NCBI GenBank assembly: GCA_002709075.1
Contig: PAPV01000002.1
Coordinates: forward strand, 31,098 to 95,097
Direction: 5' to 3'
Source of the DNA: Rhodospirillaceae bacterium
Lineage (GTDB): Bacteria; Pseudomonadota; Alphaproteobacteria; MPNO01; UBA2964
DNA length: 64,000 bases
The stretch's first letter is position 1. Each line of letters begins with the position of its first letter. Of the stretch, positions 1 through 10,701 are shown piece after piece. A model generated the notes under the pieces. That model had not been told where the DNA came from and did no database searches. It saw nothing but the letters and a program-made list of their open reading frames with translations. A program made the translations under genes and the position numbers.

Positions 1-52
1 GAATAATATAATTTCTGTTTTGTATGTTTCTAAACAAAATCCAGTTTTCAAA

Positions 53-1465
53 TTAAAGTCTCTCAATCCTCAGCACGTTGGTGGCACCCGGTGTCCCAAA
101 TGGAACCCCCGCTGTAACAATTAGATGTTGAGTAGGTGTTGCAAATTCGAAACGTCTAGCCATTTCTCGCGCTTTATCAATCATGGCAGAGAAATCTCGA
201 ACATCTTCCGCAACAACACACTGTACGCCCCATACTACTGAGAGCTTTCGTGCTGTACGAAGTCTCTCCGTAAGGCATAAAATTGGCACATTTGGCCTTT
301 CTCGTGCAGCTCTTATGGAGGTGGATCCTGATGTAGTGTACGTAACAATTACTGCCGCGGAGATTGTCTTTGCAACCTGTCGTGCAGCAGCAGAAATAGC
401 ATCGGCTGTAGTAGCTTCTGGCGCAGTATTTTGGGCAGCTGTTTGTTCCCAAAAACCTGGGTCACGTTCCACGCGGCAAATAATCTTATGCATAATTTCC
501 ACTGCTTCAACTGAATATTCACCAATAGCTGTTTCTGCCGATAGCATCACTGCATCTGCTTGGTCATAGATTGCTGTTGCAATGTCAGAGGCCTCCGCGC
601 GAGTTGGCGTCGGAGAGGAAATCATTGACTCTAACATTTGTGTGGCAACAACAACTGGTACTCCCTGTTTTCGGCATGCACGAATTATTCTTTTCTGTAT
701 TATTGGCACGTCCTCGGCCGGCATTTCAACACCAAGATCGCCACGTGCTACCATAACAGCATCTGACATGGATACAATTTCATCAAGATGGTCTATGGAA
801 CTTGGCTTCTCAATCTTTGCCATCACCGCGGCTCTATTATTGATAAGCTTTTTTGCTTCTTCGATGTCTTCTGGCCGCTGAATAAAGCTTAGTCCAATGT
901 AATCAACTTGTTGCGCGAGTGCAAAATCCAAATCAGTTTGGTCCTTTTCGGTAATTGCAGAAATAGGAAGTACCACGTTGGGAATATTTAAACCTTTATT
1001 GTTCGAAAGTCTTCCACCAGTTATGACATATGTATCAGCATAATCTTCACCCACCTTTTTCACACAAAGGCATAATTTTCCGTCATCGAGAAGAATATGC
1101 GTGCCCTCTGTTATAGATTGGAAAATTTCTGGATGAGGTATACCGACCCGGGTTTTGTCGCCCGCAAACTCGTTAAGGTCAAGTCTGAATAGTGCACCTG
1201 CCTCCAAATACACTGAGCCGTCAACAAAATCACCCACTCGGAGCTTCGGACCTTGCAGGTCTGTTAAAATACCAATTGGTCGACCGATATCTTTTTCTAA
1301 AGAACGGATAGTTTTTATTCGCTTCGCTTGCTCGTTATAATCCCCATGACTGAAGTTAAGTCTAAAGACATCTGCTCCAGCATCAAAAAGGGCTCTTATT
1401 TTCTCCGGGGTCTCCGAGTTAGGGCCCAAAGTGCTAATTATTTTTGCCTGTTTATAACGGCGCAT
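53..1465 (-). CDS. pyk: pyruvate kinase
   Basis: ORF 53..1519. A conserved PK N-terminus (MRRYKQAKIISTLGP) begins at the internal ATG at 1465, which I checked in the sequence. Barrel and C-terminal domains run full length. The upstream extension MYSLLVWILKQ... looks non-native. Confidence 0.9.
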   Translation of the reverse strand: MRRYKQAKIISTLGPNSETPEKIRALFDAGADVFRLNFSHGDYNEQAKRIKTIRSLEKDIGRPIGILTDLQGPKLRVGDFVDGSVYLEAGALFRLDLNEFAGDKTRVGIPHPEIFQSITEGTHILLDDGKLCLCVKKVGEDYADTYVITGGRLSNNKGLNIPNVVLPISAITEKDQTDLDFALAQQVDYIGLSFIQRPEDIEEAKKLINNRAAVMAKIEKPSSIDHLDEIVSMSDAVMVARGDLGVEMPAEDVPIIQKRIIRACRKQGVPVVVATQMLESMISSPTPTRAEASDIATAIYDQADAVMLSAETAIGEYSVEAVEIMHKIICRVERDPGFWEQTAAQNTAPEATTADAISAAARQVAKTISAAVIVTYTTSGSTSIRAARERPNVPILCLTERLRTARKLSVVWGVQCVVAEDVRDFSAMIDKAREMARRFEFATPTQHLIVTAGVPFGTPGATNVLRIERL

Positions 1466-2058
1466 GATACTACTTATACCCGCGGATTGCTTTAAGATCC
1501 AGACCAGGAGTGAATACAAAAAGATCTTTTTTATATATTTTGGTTGAACCAGTTAAAAAAAAGCCCAGAAGGCTGGAAAAGAAGATGCATATTATATCGT
1601 TTGTGCACAAACTCCTTTTCAGCGTATTTCGTCAAGACTGTGTGGTATTGTCTGAGCTCACCTCCGTTTATCGCAAGTGAGTTCATTTATATCACCCTTT
1701 CCCTCAGATCCCAGAGAGTGCAAGAGGTCATTCTGTCTTTCTGCTGCCAGTTCAATTCGAGCCCCGTGCTTAGAGGCCAAAATATTATCTTACCGCCAGT
1801 AGAAGTAATTTGTCATCGGGCAAAATGGAAAGCTTTCAATTGCTCTGGGCATACGAACAATTGATTTTTCAGCTCCAACTGCTGCTAATGTGCAAAAAGG
1901 TGGTGGAGGTAGAAAGGACTTAATGGTTTCACAGATCGGCCGATCAAAGAGCTTCAAAAAAATTCTAATAGAAGGGTTATTATTATTCTGTTATATTGGT
2001 GGATTTTTTGGCAATCTTACTACAACGTAAAAACCTTTGATATATGGGAGATAACATT

Positions 2059-2376
2059 ATGACTGAAATTGATGAGGTAACACGAATAAAATTGGAGTCT
2101 GCTGCATTTCGAAAACTAGTGGCACATCTGCAAAAACGCAATGATGTGCAAAACATTGATTTAATGAATTTGTCTGGATTTTGCAGAAATTGCCTCAGCA
2201 AGTGGTACAAAGGCGCTGCGGCAGAGCAGGGTTTAGAAATTGATATAGATCTTGCCCGGGAACATGTATACGGTATGACTTACGATGAATGGAAAGATAA
2301 ATATCAAGAGGAGGCAACGGCACAGCAGCAGGCAGATTTTAAAAAAGTTTTGGCAAATCCAAATCTGACATCGTAA
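2059..2376 (+). CDS. DUF1244 family protein (conserved alphaproteobacterial)
   Basis: Carries the DUF1244 signature motif NIDLMNLSGFCRNCLSKWY. I took the ATG at 2059 over 2044 because GGGAG sits 8 nt upstream of it. Confidence 0.7.
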   Translation: MTEIDEVTRIKLESAAFRKLVAHLQKRNDVQNIDLMNLSGFCRNCLSKWYKGAAAEQGLEIDIDLAREHVYGMTYDEWKDKYQEEATAQQQADFKKVLANPNLTS

Positions 2377-2466
2377 CAAGCAAGAAAACCTAAAAAATGT
2401 TAATTGAAATATTAAACGAGCTTGGTTGATTGCATCTCCCAGACCATAAAATTTTGATGGAAAGAT

Positions 2467-2772
2467 ATGATGACACAGGTTACTGGAACAATAGCTAAAA
2501 ATCAGCTGCGCGCATTTATCGAGAGTATTGAAAGACTTGAAGATGAGAAGTTAGATCTGATGGCTGATATAAGGGAGGTTTATGCTGAAGCGAAGGGAAT
2601 GGGTTATGATACAAAAATTATGCGACAAGTTGTCAGCATACGCAAAAAGGATTTCGAGAAGCGTCGGGAAGAAGAGTTTGTTTTAGAGACCTATCTAAGT
2701 GCACTTGATATGCTAGACAAGTCCGGAGGTGCAACCGGAGAAATCAGGAAAACTGTAAACCTAATTGAATGA
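2467..2772 (+). CDS. DUF2312 / GapR-like nucleoid-associated protein
   Basis: 101 aa and coiled-coil rich. The motif QLRAFIERIERLEEEK...[10 protein letters not shown] is typical of the DUF2312 (GapR) family of alphaproteobacteria. AGGAAAG-type RBS. Confidence 0.75.
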   Translation: MMTQVTGTIAKNQLRAFIESIERLEDEKLDLMADIREVYAEAKGMGYDTKIMRQVVSIRKKDFEKRREEEFVLETYLSALDMLDKSGGATGEIRKTVNLIE

Positions 2773-2778
2773 AATGTT

Positions 2779-3480
2779 TCAAAACACCTCTCCATTAGGA
2801 CGAAGTTCAATCTCCCATGCCCATGCATTTGAAGGTTGTTGCAGGAACTGCCAATACACGTCAGCTATTGCATCAGGGTCAAGTGACCTATCATTAAGTT
2901 CCGCATCGGCGGATGTCTCATCTAATTTTTTTTTGATTCTACCATCTATAATGAAATGACCCACATGTATTTTTTTTGGGTGTAGTTCACGAGCAAGAGA
3001 TTGTGCAAGCCCTCTAAGACCAAATTTTCCCATCGCAAATGCTGCTGACTTAGGGTAACCCTTTATACTAGCAGAAGCACCGGTAAAAAATATAGCTCCT
3101 TTACCTCGAGGTACCATTCGCTTGGCGGCTTGCTGCGCGACAAGAAACCCTCCGAAACAAGAAGTTGTTAAAGCCTGAAGAACTTGTTCGGGTTTAATTT
3201 CGGTTATTGGTCCTCTTACTCGGCTAGATGCGTTATATATTACGACATCTGGGTCCCCAAAGTGCTTATTGATTTTGGAGAATAATAACTCGACTTCATT
3301 TTGGTTTGTTGCGTCACAACGATAAGCTGTGGCTTTTGTATGATTGCAAAGTGTTGAGAGTTTGTGAGTATTTCTTGCTGCAAGAACGACTTGCATGTCC
3401 TCTGATAAAAAACGTTGGGTCAAGCAAGCGCTTAAACCGGATCCAGCTCCGACTATTAAGGCAAGCTTTTCTTTTGGCAT
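2779..3480 (-). CDS. short-chain dehydrogenase/reductase (SDR)
   Basis: N-terminal Rossmann motif IVGAGSGLS and the size fit the SDR fold. AGGAGA RBS upstream. Confidence 0.8.
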   Translation of the reverse strand: MPKEKLALIVGAGSGLSACLTQRFLSEDMQVVLAARNTHKLSTLCNHTKATAYRCDATNQNEVELLFSKINKHFGDPDVVIYNASSRVRGPITEIKPEQVLQALTTSCFGGFLVAQQAAKRMVPRGKGAIFFTGASASIKGYPKSAAFAMGKFGLRGLAQSLARELHPKKIHVGHFIIDGRIKKKLDETSADAELNDRSLDPDAIADVYWQFLQQPSNAWAWEIELRPNGEVF

Positions 3481-3491
3481 CGTTTGCTCTC

Positions 3492-4052
3492 CTAATTTGT
3501 TTTTACACGATCAACTATTCCGCGAACCCTGCTTGTTTGCCTTATAATGCGAACTATCTCCGCTTTTTCAGACGGAAAACGAGCGTATCCCAAAATATAA
3601 ACGGTGTCGTTTACCACTCGCCATCTGTAATTAAGGGATTTAATATTCTTTGTTGCAAGCAATTGCGCCCTGATTTTTGCGTCAATCCAGATATCATTTG
3701 ATGTATTTCTTGGGCTTTGTGTCACTTGAATATCATTGTAGAGTTTCTGTACTCCGATCAATCCTCTTACTAGACTACCAGCATTTTGTTTCTTGATTTC
3801 ATTTTCTACTGTGCCGGTAAGCATCACCCTTCCGGCGAAAACATCAACTTTTATGGAGAAGAAAAGCGGCCGGTTTTTGCCACTTAAAAGTCGTTTGTTG
3901 ATGTTAAGTATTATCTCAGTATCCGTCAAAGTTTGTTCGCGGGAACGATCATCACCGAATGTGGCTAAGGTGCCGCTGCAATTCGTTAGTGCAGGTACAA
4001 ATGCCAATAAAAACAATGCAATAAGGCTTTTAACAAAAAAATTATTACCCAT
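3492..4052 (-). CDS. BON-domain (OsmY-like) lipoprotein
   Basis: Signal peptide with lipobox LTNC, followed by two BON-like repeats. The start overlaps the stop of the upstream acyl-CoA synthetase gene by 8 nt. Confidence 0.65.
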   Translation of the reverse strand: MGNNFFVKSLIALFLLAFVPALTNCSGTLATFGDDRSREQTLTDTEIILNINKRLLSGKNRPLFFSIKVDVFAGRVMLTGTVENEIKKQNAGSLVRGLIGVQKLYNDIQVTQSPRNTSNDIWIDAKIRAQLLATKNIKSLNYRWRVVNDTVYILGYARFPSEKAEIVRIIRQTSRVRGIVDRVKTN

Positions 4053-5835
4053 AGAGACTCTCCAATTTATCCATGTAATAATTGCGTATTACGTGTCTTC
4101 TTACCTTAAGCGTAGGTGTCAGCATTTCGTTCTCTATGGTGAATTCTTCATTTGAAATAATAAAACTTCTTATGCGTTCAATCGATGACAATTTTGAGTT
4201 AACACGGTCAACGACCTTTGTTATTTCTTTTTTCAAGTTTACATCTTCGAATAAAGATTCGGCATTCTCATTATATTTTAAACTTTTCTCCGCCCACGCT
4301 TTTAAGAATTCTGCATCTAAGATTAAAAGAGCTACCAAATGTGGCCGTGCATCACCGTGAACCATAGCTTGATGTATTTCGGGTTCGGCCACCAAATAAC
4401 CCTCTACACGTTGTGGTGAAATGTTATCGCCACCTGAATTGATAATTATATCCTTTTTACGGTCGGTGATACGCAGATGCCCATCCAGATCAATAGTTCC
4501 AATGTCTCCGGTATGCAGCCAATTATCTACAATTGTATCTTTTGTGGCTGAGGCATTATTCCAATATCCTTGCATGACGAGTGCACCTTTAACCAAAATT
4601 TCCCCATCTTCCGCTATTTTTACCTCTGCTTCACTAAATGGAATGCCAACAGTATCAATACGAAATCCTGTCGGCGGATTAACACTTATTACAGGACCAG
4701 ACTCAGTTTGGCCGTATCCCTGCAGCAGTCTGATACCTAGCCCAGTGAAGAACATACCAACTTCATAATTAAGGGGTGCACCACCTGAGATAAAAGCTTT
4801 CAGGTTGCCGCCAAATTTTTCTGCAATTTTTTTCCTTACAAGTTTTTCAAGAAACAAATCCTGTAATTTTTGAAAGGGGCTGAGATAACCTGACTCGAAT
4901 TGTTTTTGCCCTAACTGCAAACATTTTAGGAATAGTCTCTTTTGCATACCCCCAGTTTTTTCAATATTTCTTAAAATACGATCACGTATAGTCTCGTACA
5001 GTCTAGGGACCGCGGTCATCAGTGTAGGTTTTACCTCTTCAATATTAGCTATCAGTTTGTCTATGCTCTCTGCATAAAAAATCTGCGCACCAAGACTGAT
5101 TGGCCAGAAAAGACCTGCGGTATGCTCATAGGAGTGTGATAATGGTAAAAATGAAAGAAACTTTTCATCAGTTAATCCGATTTTACTCAACGTACGAGTT
5201 GCGTCTCTGCAATTACTTAAAATTCCGCCATGGGAACAAATAACTCCTTTTGGAGTACCCCCAGTTCCCGATGTATAAATTAGGCACGCTATACTTTCAC
5301 TGGTAAGCTCTGATGCAAACTTACGCAATACTTCAGTACCATTATCAAGTTCACTGGACAGAATATCGTTTAACAAAAGCACTTTTTTTTTGCTTGTTAT
5401 TTCTGGAATGCTGCCTTCAATTAGTAAAATTAATTTGACACTGTCGGCTCTCTCCGCAGCTGGAAGGACACGGTTGAGTAAGTTAGTATTAGAAACAATG
5501 ATTATTGCGGCACCACTGTCATTCATAACATGCAAATGATCATTTGCAGTATTGGTTGTATATGCAGGAACTGTAATGCCACCTGAGGCCATAATTGCTA
5601 AATCAGCCATCGGCCATTCTACTCGGTTTTCAGACACGAGTAACACTCGATCTTTAGCCTTAATTCCATTTGATTTTAGGGCTTTCGCAATTCTAGCAGT
5701 CAAATTTGCACTTTCTGTCCAGCTATGCGGTGTCCATGTTCCGTTGATTTTTTCCCACGCAAAGGGTTTATTCTGTTTTTCATCGGCTTTGTCGGCAAAA
5801 AGTGTTACTAAGTCTTTCTGTTCAGTTTGATTCAT
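4045..5835 (-). CDS. long-chain-fatty-acid--CoA ligase (AMP-binding superfamily)
   Basis: 596 aa. Carries the AMP-binding motif YTSGTGGTPKGV and conserved GYGQTE / GD motifs. FadD-like architecture. Confidence 0.85.
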   Translation of the reverse strand: MNQTEQKDLVTLFADKADEKQNKPFAWEKINGTWTPHSWTESANLTARIAKALKSNGIKAKDRVLLVSENRVEWPMADLAIMASGGITVPAYTTNTANDHLHVMNDSGAAIIIVSNTNLLNRVLPAAERADSVKLILLIEGSIPEITSKKKVLLLNDILSSELDNGTEVLRKFASELTSESIACLIYTSGTGGTPKGVICSHGGILSNCRDATRTLSKIGLTDEKFLSFLPLSHSYEHTAGLFWPISLGAQIFYAESIDKLIANIEEVKPTLMTAVPRLYETIRDRILRNIEKTGGMQKRLFLKCLQLGQKQFESGYLSPFQKLQDLFLEKLVRKKIAEKFGGNLKAFISGGAPLNYEVGMFFTGLGIRLLQGYGQTESGPVISVNPPTGFRIDTVGIPFSEAEVKIAEDGEILVKGALVMQGYWNNASATKDTIVDNWLHTGDIGTIDLDGHLRITDRKKDIIINSGGDNISPQRVEGYLVAEPEIHQAMVHGDARPHLVALLILDAEFLKAWAEKSLKYNENAESLFEDVNLKKEITKVVDRVNSKLSSIERIRSFIISNEEFTIENEMLTPTLKVRRHVIRNYYMDKLESLYG

Positions 5836-5927
5836 TTATTTATCCGAAAATGTATAATTAATATTTTAATGTTGTTTGGGTTGCGAGCACTGAAGCCCTA
5901 TATCAAGAGACATATTATTCAGTTATT

Positions 5928-7727
5928 TTGTTAGGAAAACCCGTGAACCAAATTATACCCAAAAAAAGTGAAACCTTACCTTCTTGGGATTTATCAGATT
6001 TGTATGTGTCGCCAGATGATGCAGCTCTTAAGAAGGATTTATTGTCAGTAGAACGAAAGGCGAAAAACTTTCACAAGAAATTTCGCAATAAAATCAAACA
6101 AATGGACGGGGCAGCGTTGGCACGAAGCATAGTTTTGTATGAAAAAATTGACGAGGATCTAAGCCGTATAATGAGCTACGCTCAGTTAGTCCATGCGGGA
6201 CAAGTAACCGATTCCAAAATTGGAAAATTCTATCAGACAATTCAAGAACGAGTGATGGCAATTTCTGCTAATCTTGTTTTTTTTACTATTGAACTTAACG
6301 CAATTGGGGAACGATCGTTATCACAGAAGCTGAAATCAAATCATTTGAAGAATTATGCTTCCTGGTTATCTGACTTGCGGGCATTTAGAAATTATCAGTT
6401 AGATGAAAAAACAGAACGTTTGTTGATTGACAAACAGATTTCTGGGCGGTCAGCTTGGAATAGGCTCTTTGATGAAACTATGGCTCGGATGAGTTTCAGG
6501 GTGATGGGTAAACAAAAAACCATCGAACAGGTTTTAAATATGCTATCCGACTCGGATGGAAAAAACAGGAAAGCGGGTGCAAAGGCCCTTGGCAAAGAGT
6601 TAGAAAAAAAGCAGGAGCTATTTGCTCTCATAACAAACACACTTGCAAAAGATAAAGAAATTGAGGATCGTTGGCGGGGTTATCCATCTGCTCAGTCGTC
6701 ACGAAATCTCAGTAACCAAGTAGACGATGAAGTCGTTAACGCACTTACGGCGGCAGTAAAAACTTCCTATACAGATTTGTCTCATCGTTATTACAAATTA
6801 AAAGCTGAATGGTTTGGTAAACGCGCATTAGACTATTGGGATCGAAATGCACCGTTACCCAATACAGGAAATACTTTTTATAGTTGGGATGATGCTAAAG
6901 CTCTCGTGATAGAAGCATATACAAATTTTTCACCAAAACTTGGGAGTATTGGAAAACTTTTTTTTGTTAATAACTGGATTGATGCCGAGCCCAGAGCGGG
7001 TAAAATGTCCGGTGCATTTGCTCATCCTACAGTTCCTTCGGCACATCCTTATTTGTTACTCAATTTCATGGGGCGCCCACGCGATGTAATGACCCTCGCG
7101 CACGAACTGGGACATGGAATCCATCAAATTCTGGCCGGTGCACAAGGGCATCTGAAATGTGAAACACCGCTCACATTAGCAGAGACAGCAAGTGTTTTTG
7201 GCGAAATGCTTACGTTTCGGTCATTGCTCGATCAGGAAAAAGATCCTGCACAGCGCAAAACGTTTTTAGCGGGCAAAGTTGAAGACATGCTTAACACAGT
7301 GGTCCGACAAATTGCATTCTATGACTTTGAGTTACGTGTTCACGAACAAAGGCGCCAGGGTGAATTATCTGTTGACCAAATTTGCGATATTTGGTTGACC
7401 GTGCAAAGTGAGAGCTTAGGGCCTGCAATTCGCTTGCATAATGAATACAAATATTTCTGGTGTTATATTCCACATTTCATTCATTCACCTTTCTACGTAT
7501 ACGCTTATGCATTCGGCGATTGTCTTGTAAATGCTTTGTATTCCCAGTATGAAAAGTCTAAACATGGGTTTTCTGAGCATTACATTAAAATGCTGAAGGC
7601 GGGTGGAACTCTTCGGCACAAGGAGTTGTTAGCCCCTTTTAACTTAGATGCCTCCGATCCTCTTTTTTGGTCAAAAGGTCTAGGGGTTATAGCAAATTTA
7701 ATCGATCAACTTGAAGAATTAGGATAA
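5928..7727 (+). CDS. pepF: oligoendopeptidase F (M3B family)
   Basis: HELGHGIH zinc motif and M3B-family length. The listed start is TTG; a GTG at 5943 is an alternative. Confidence 0.85.
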   Translation: MLGKPVNQIIPKKSETLPSWDLSDLYVSPDDAALKKDLLSVERKAKNFHKKFRNKIKQMDGAALARSIVLYEKIDEDLSRIMSYAQLVHAGQVTDSKIGKFYQTIQERVMAISANLVFFTIELNAIGERSLSQKLKSNHLKNYASWLSDLRAFRNYQLDEKTERLLIDKQISGRSAWNRLFDETMARMSFRVMGKQKTIEQVLNMLSDSDGKNRKAGAKALGKELEKKQELFALITNTLAKDKEIEDRWRGYPSAQSSRNLSNQVDDEVVNALTAAVKTSYTDLSHRYYKLKAEWFGKRALDYWDRNAPLPNTGNTFYSWDDAKALVIEAYTNFSPKLGSIGKLFFVNNWIDAEPRAGKMSGAFAHPTVPSAHPYLLLNFMGRPRDVMTLAHELGHGIHQILAGAQGHLKCETPLTLAETASVFGEMLTFRSLLDQEKDPAQRKTFLAGKVEDMLNTVVRQIAFYDFELRVHEQRRQGELSVDQICDIWLTVQSESLGPAIRLHNEYKYFWCYIPHFIHSPFYVYAYAFGDCLVNALYSQYEKSKHGFSEHYIKMLKAGGTLRHKELLAPFNLDASDPLFWSKGLGVIANLIDQLEELG

Positions 7728-7731
7728 ATTA

Positions 7732-9084
7732 TTGAGTAAAAAACCCATGTTTGAAGGATCAACGGTGCGCGGTCGATTGAAGCGCTACGCGAAAGTCGGA
7801 TCTGCAGTTAGCGGGTTGGCGGTAAAAATGGCTGGAAACCGATATCTCGGTATGGAGCTAGATAAAGATAAGCATGCGCGAGATCTCAAAGAGGCCCTTG
7901 GGGGCCTTAAAGGGCCTCTTATGAAAGTTGCACAAATCATGTCTACTGTTCCCGACATGCTACCTCCAGAGTATGTAGAGGAATTGGGAGAATTACAGTC
8001 TAATGCTCCTTCAATGGGATGGTTATTTGTTCGGCGAAGAATGGCAATGGAGTTGGGTCAAAATTGGCAAAAACATTTTGTAAAGTTTGGTCGCGAGGCG
8101 GCGGCTGCAGCTTCGCTTGGTCAAGTGCACAAGGCTTCAGACGGGAAAAATGATTTAGCATGCAAGCTTCAATACCCGGACATGCAATCGGCAGTTGAAG
8201 CTGATCTTAAACAGCTTAAATTGATTTTTGCAATTTATCGGCGGTACGATAAGGCAATCGATCCCTCTGAAATTCATTCGGAAGTGGCATCGCGTTTACT
8301 CGAAGAGCTCGATTATAACCGTGAAGCTGCCCATATGCGTATGTATAGAGACATACTTCGATCTGTAAAAAAAGTTCATGTGCCTGAGGAATTTCCCAGT
8401 CTTTCGACCTCGCGCCTACTAACTATGACGTGGTTGCAGGGGAAAAACTTACTAACTATTAAGGATAAACCTCAGGAATACCGGAATAAGGTTGCTGAAA
8501 ATCTTTTTCGCGCTTGGTATGTGCCATTTTATGGTTATGGTGTTATTCACGGAGATCCGCATCTTGGTAATTATTCTGTGAGGTCTGATGGATCGATAAA
8601 CCTTTTAGATTTTGGTTGTATTAGGGTATTTACTGGAAAGTTTGTAAGGGGAGTCATTGATCTTTATCGTGCTTTAGAAAAAAATAATGAGGAAATGGCT
8701 GTACATGCTTTTGAAACCTGGGGTTTTAAAAAACTGTCCAAAGAAAAAATAGATGTGCTGGTTCAGTGGGCTGAGTTTCTCTACGCACCTTTATTAGAAG
8801 ACGCGGCTCGACCAATTCAGGATGGAGATGGGAAGATGTACGGTGCTGAAGTTGCTGCCAAAGTTCATCGCGAGTTACAACTCCTAGGAGGTGTCAAACC
8901 ACCGCGCGAATTCGTGCTTATGGATCGTGCAGCAATTGGTCTTGGGTCTGTGTTCACGCATTTGAGGGCGGAAGTTAATTGGCACAGATTGTTTCATGGT
9001 CTCATAGATGACTTTGATGGGAGAATTCTTGAAGATAAACAGAATTGTGCATTGAGAAAGGCGGGCGTGCCTCAAGTATTATGA
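7732..9084 (+). CDS. ABC1/UbiB-family atypical kinase (AarF-like)
   Basis: ABC1 kinase-like motifs are present ([14 protein letters not shown]). The listed start is TTG; an ATG at 7747 gives MFEGSTV. Confidence 0.75.
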   Translation: MSKKPMFEGSTVRGRLKRYAKVGSAVSGLAVKMAGNRYLGMELDKDKHARDLKEALGGLKGPLMKVAQIMSTVPDMLPPEYVEELGELQSNAPSMGWLFVRRRMAMELGQNWQKHFVKFGREAAAAASLGQVHKASDGKNDLACKLQYPDMQSAVEADLKQLKLIFAIYRRYDKAIDPSEIHSEVASRLLEELDYNREAAHMRMYRDILRSVKKVHVPEEFPSLSTSRLLTMTWLQGKNLLTIKDKPQEYRNKVAENLFRAWYVPFYGYGVIHGDPHLGNYSVRSDGSINLLDFGCIRVFTGKFVRGVIDLYRALEKNNEEMAVHAFETWGFKKLSKEKIDVLVQWAEFLYAPLLEDAARPIQDGDGKMYGAEVAAKVHRELQLLGGVKPPREFVLMDRAAIGLGSVFTHLRAEVNWHRLFHGLIDDFDGRILEDKQNCALRKAGVPQVL

Positions 9085-9190
9085 GTTAAACAAAACATTA
9101 GGCTTGCAATGCCCTCTCATTCTGGTAAAACAGAAAAATTGGGGCAAAAGCCTATATTATTTTTATGTTTCGGAAGGGGAAGCCGAGCAC

Positions 9191-9394
9191 TTGCAGGTAT
9201 TCGTACGAGATAACAACATAGACGGTGCTCTCAAAGCACTTAAAAAAAAGATGCAAAGGGAGGGCGTTTGGCGTGAAATGAAACGCCACCGCTCTTATGA
9301 AAAGCCTTCTGAACGACGAGTTCGAAAGAAAGCAGAGGCTATCAGAAGATCAAGAAAGCTGGAACGAAAGCGCCAGCAGATAGAGGGTTTTTGA
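9191..9394 (+). CDS. rpsU: 30S ribosomal protein S21
   Basis: Canonical S21 N-terminus (M)[24 protein letters not shown] begins at TTG 9191, with a GGAAGGGGA RBS 8-18 nt upstream. The listed ORF from 9104 adds 29 non-conserved residues. Confidence 0.85.
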   Translation: MQVFVRDNNIDGALKALKKKMQREGVWREMKRHRSYEKPSERRVRKKAEAIRRSRKLERKRQQIEGF

Positions 9395-9413
9395 TGTGCA
9401 TTTAAGTGCACAT
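9394..9413. terminator. hairpin between convergent rpsU and bioA
   Basis: ATGTGCA-tttaag-TGCACAT is a perfect 7-bp inverted repeat immediately after the rpsU stop. It is followed by an A/T-rich tract and could terminate both convergent transcripts. Confidence 0.4.
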
Positions 9414-9420
9414 TATAATT

Positions 9421-10701
9421 TCAATAGTCTTTAGACCACTCTTCCAATACTTTTATGATGCTATCAGTGAGATGATGCATCTGTTGTTTATTTAAGATGA
9501 AGGGTGGCATAAGGTAAACAATGTCCCCAAAAGGTCTGACCCATACCCCTTCTTCAACAAAACGCTTTCTGAGCAAAGGTAAATTTTTCCCATTGGCGAC
9601 TTGAACTACCCCTATTGCACCTTTAACTCGAACGTCTACGATACCTGGGATTTTTAGGCATGATTTAAGTTCAGAGCTAAAATGTTTTTCGAGAGCTAAT
9701 ACCTTATTTTTCCATTCCCCGGTTGCAAACAAACTTATAGAGGCCTGTGCGGCTGCACAACCGAGTGGATTGGCCATATAAGTTGGCCCATGCATGAAAG
9801 CATCCAGAGCTTTATTTGTTTGAAACGCTTTCCATACACGCTTGTTGGCTGCTGTTGCCGCCATGCTTATTACACCTCCAGTCATAGCTTTTCCGATGCA
9901 GATTATATCGGGGGCGATAGCCGCTTGATTGCAGGCAAACATAGTTCCTGTTCTTCCAAAACCAGTGGCAATTTCATCAGCTATGAAAAGAATATTTTGG
10001 AGGCTGCAAATATTTCTTATCTTTGATAAAATTTCAGCATCATGAAACTTCATTCCACCAGCTCCTTGAACTAAAGGTTCAAGGATAACTCCTGCAATTT
10101 CTTTATTTCGTGAATTTAAAAGGTTCTCAAAATTACAAAATGCTGTGCTACTGCGGGGGAGGTCGACCATTATTTGTTCTGGGAAAAATCCAGAAAAATG
10201 GGAGTGCATGCCTTCATCGGGATCGCATACCGACATTGCGCCCATCGTGTCACCATGATAGGCGTAGCGGAAACAAATAAATTTCCGACGCTCACTTTGA
10301 CCTTTGTTGTACCAGAACTGCACCGCCATTTTTAGTGCCACTTCCACTGCGACTGAACCGGAATCACAAAAAAAGATATGCTCCAGAGCTTGTTCTGTCT
10401 CTGCACCCGGTAAAATATTTGATAATGTTTTAGCCAGTGACAAAGCCGGTTCATGGGTCAAACCACCAAACATTACGTGCGGCATTATATCTAGTTGTTT
10501 CTGAATTGCTTCGGTAATTTTAGGATGATTATATCCGTGACAGGCTGTCCACCAAGAAGCAATTCCATCCGTTAGCTTACTTCCATCTTCGAGAATAATC
10601 TCCGCGCCGTTTGTAGCCATGGCTTTTAGTGGAGGATCTTCTATATGCATTTGTGTATAAGGACGCCAAAGATGACGTAATCTGCGATCAATCTTTTTCA
10701 T
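9421..10701 (-). CDS. bioA: adenosylmethionine-8-amino-7-oxononanoate aminotransferase
   Basis: Class-III aminotransferase with BioA-like N-terminus ...[15 protein letters not shown] took the ATG at 10701 because the 10743 start is TTG and overlaps bioB by 56 nt. With 10701 the overlap is 14 nt. Confidence 0.9.
   Translation of the reverse strand: MKKIDRRLRHLWRPYTQMHIEDPPLKAMATNGAEIILEDGSKLTDGIASWWTACHGYNHPKITEAIQKQLDIMPHVMFGGLTHEPALSLAKTLSNILPGAETEQALEHIFFCDSGSVAVEVALKMAVQFWYNKGQSERRKFICFRYAYHGDTMGAMSVCDPDEGMHSHFSGFFPEQIMVDLPRSSTAFCNFENLLNSRNKEIAGVILEPLVQGAGGMKFHDAEILSKIRNICSLQNILFIADEIATGFGRTGTMFACNQAAIAPDIICIGKAMTGGVISMAATAANKRVWKAFQTNKALDAFMHGPTYMANPLGCAAAQASISLFATGEWKNKVLALEKHFSSELKSCLKIPGIVDVRVKGAIGVVQVANGKNLPLLRKRFVEEGVWVRPFGDIVYLMPPFILNKQQMHHLTDSIIKVLEEWSKDY

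Noticed and set aside
177-881. ORF-track frames 177-452 (-), 183-569 (+), 571-756 (+) and 582-881 (+) inside pyk
   Set aside because: They lie antisense or out of frame within a well-conserved pyruvate kinase gene. Their composition is Cys/Ser/Arg-rich and they have no RBS.
9790-10504. ORFs 9790-10026 and 10304-10504 inside bioA; 10711-10929 inside bioB
   Set aside because: Antisense frames of conserved biotin genes.
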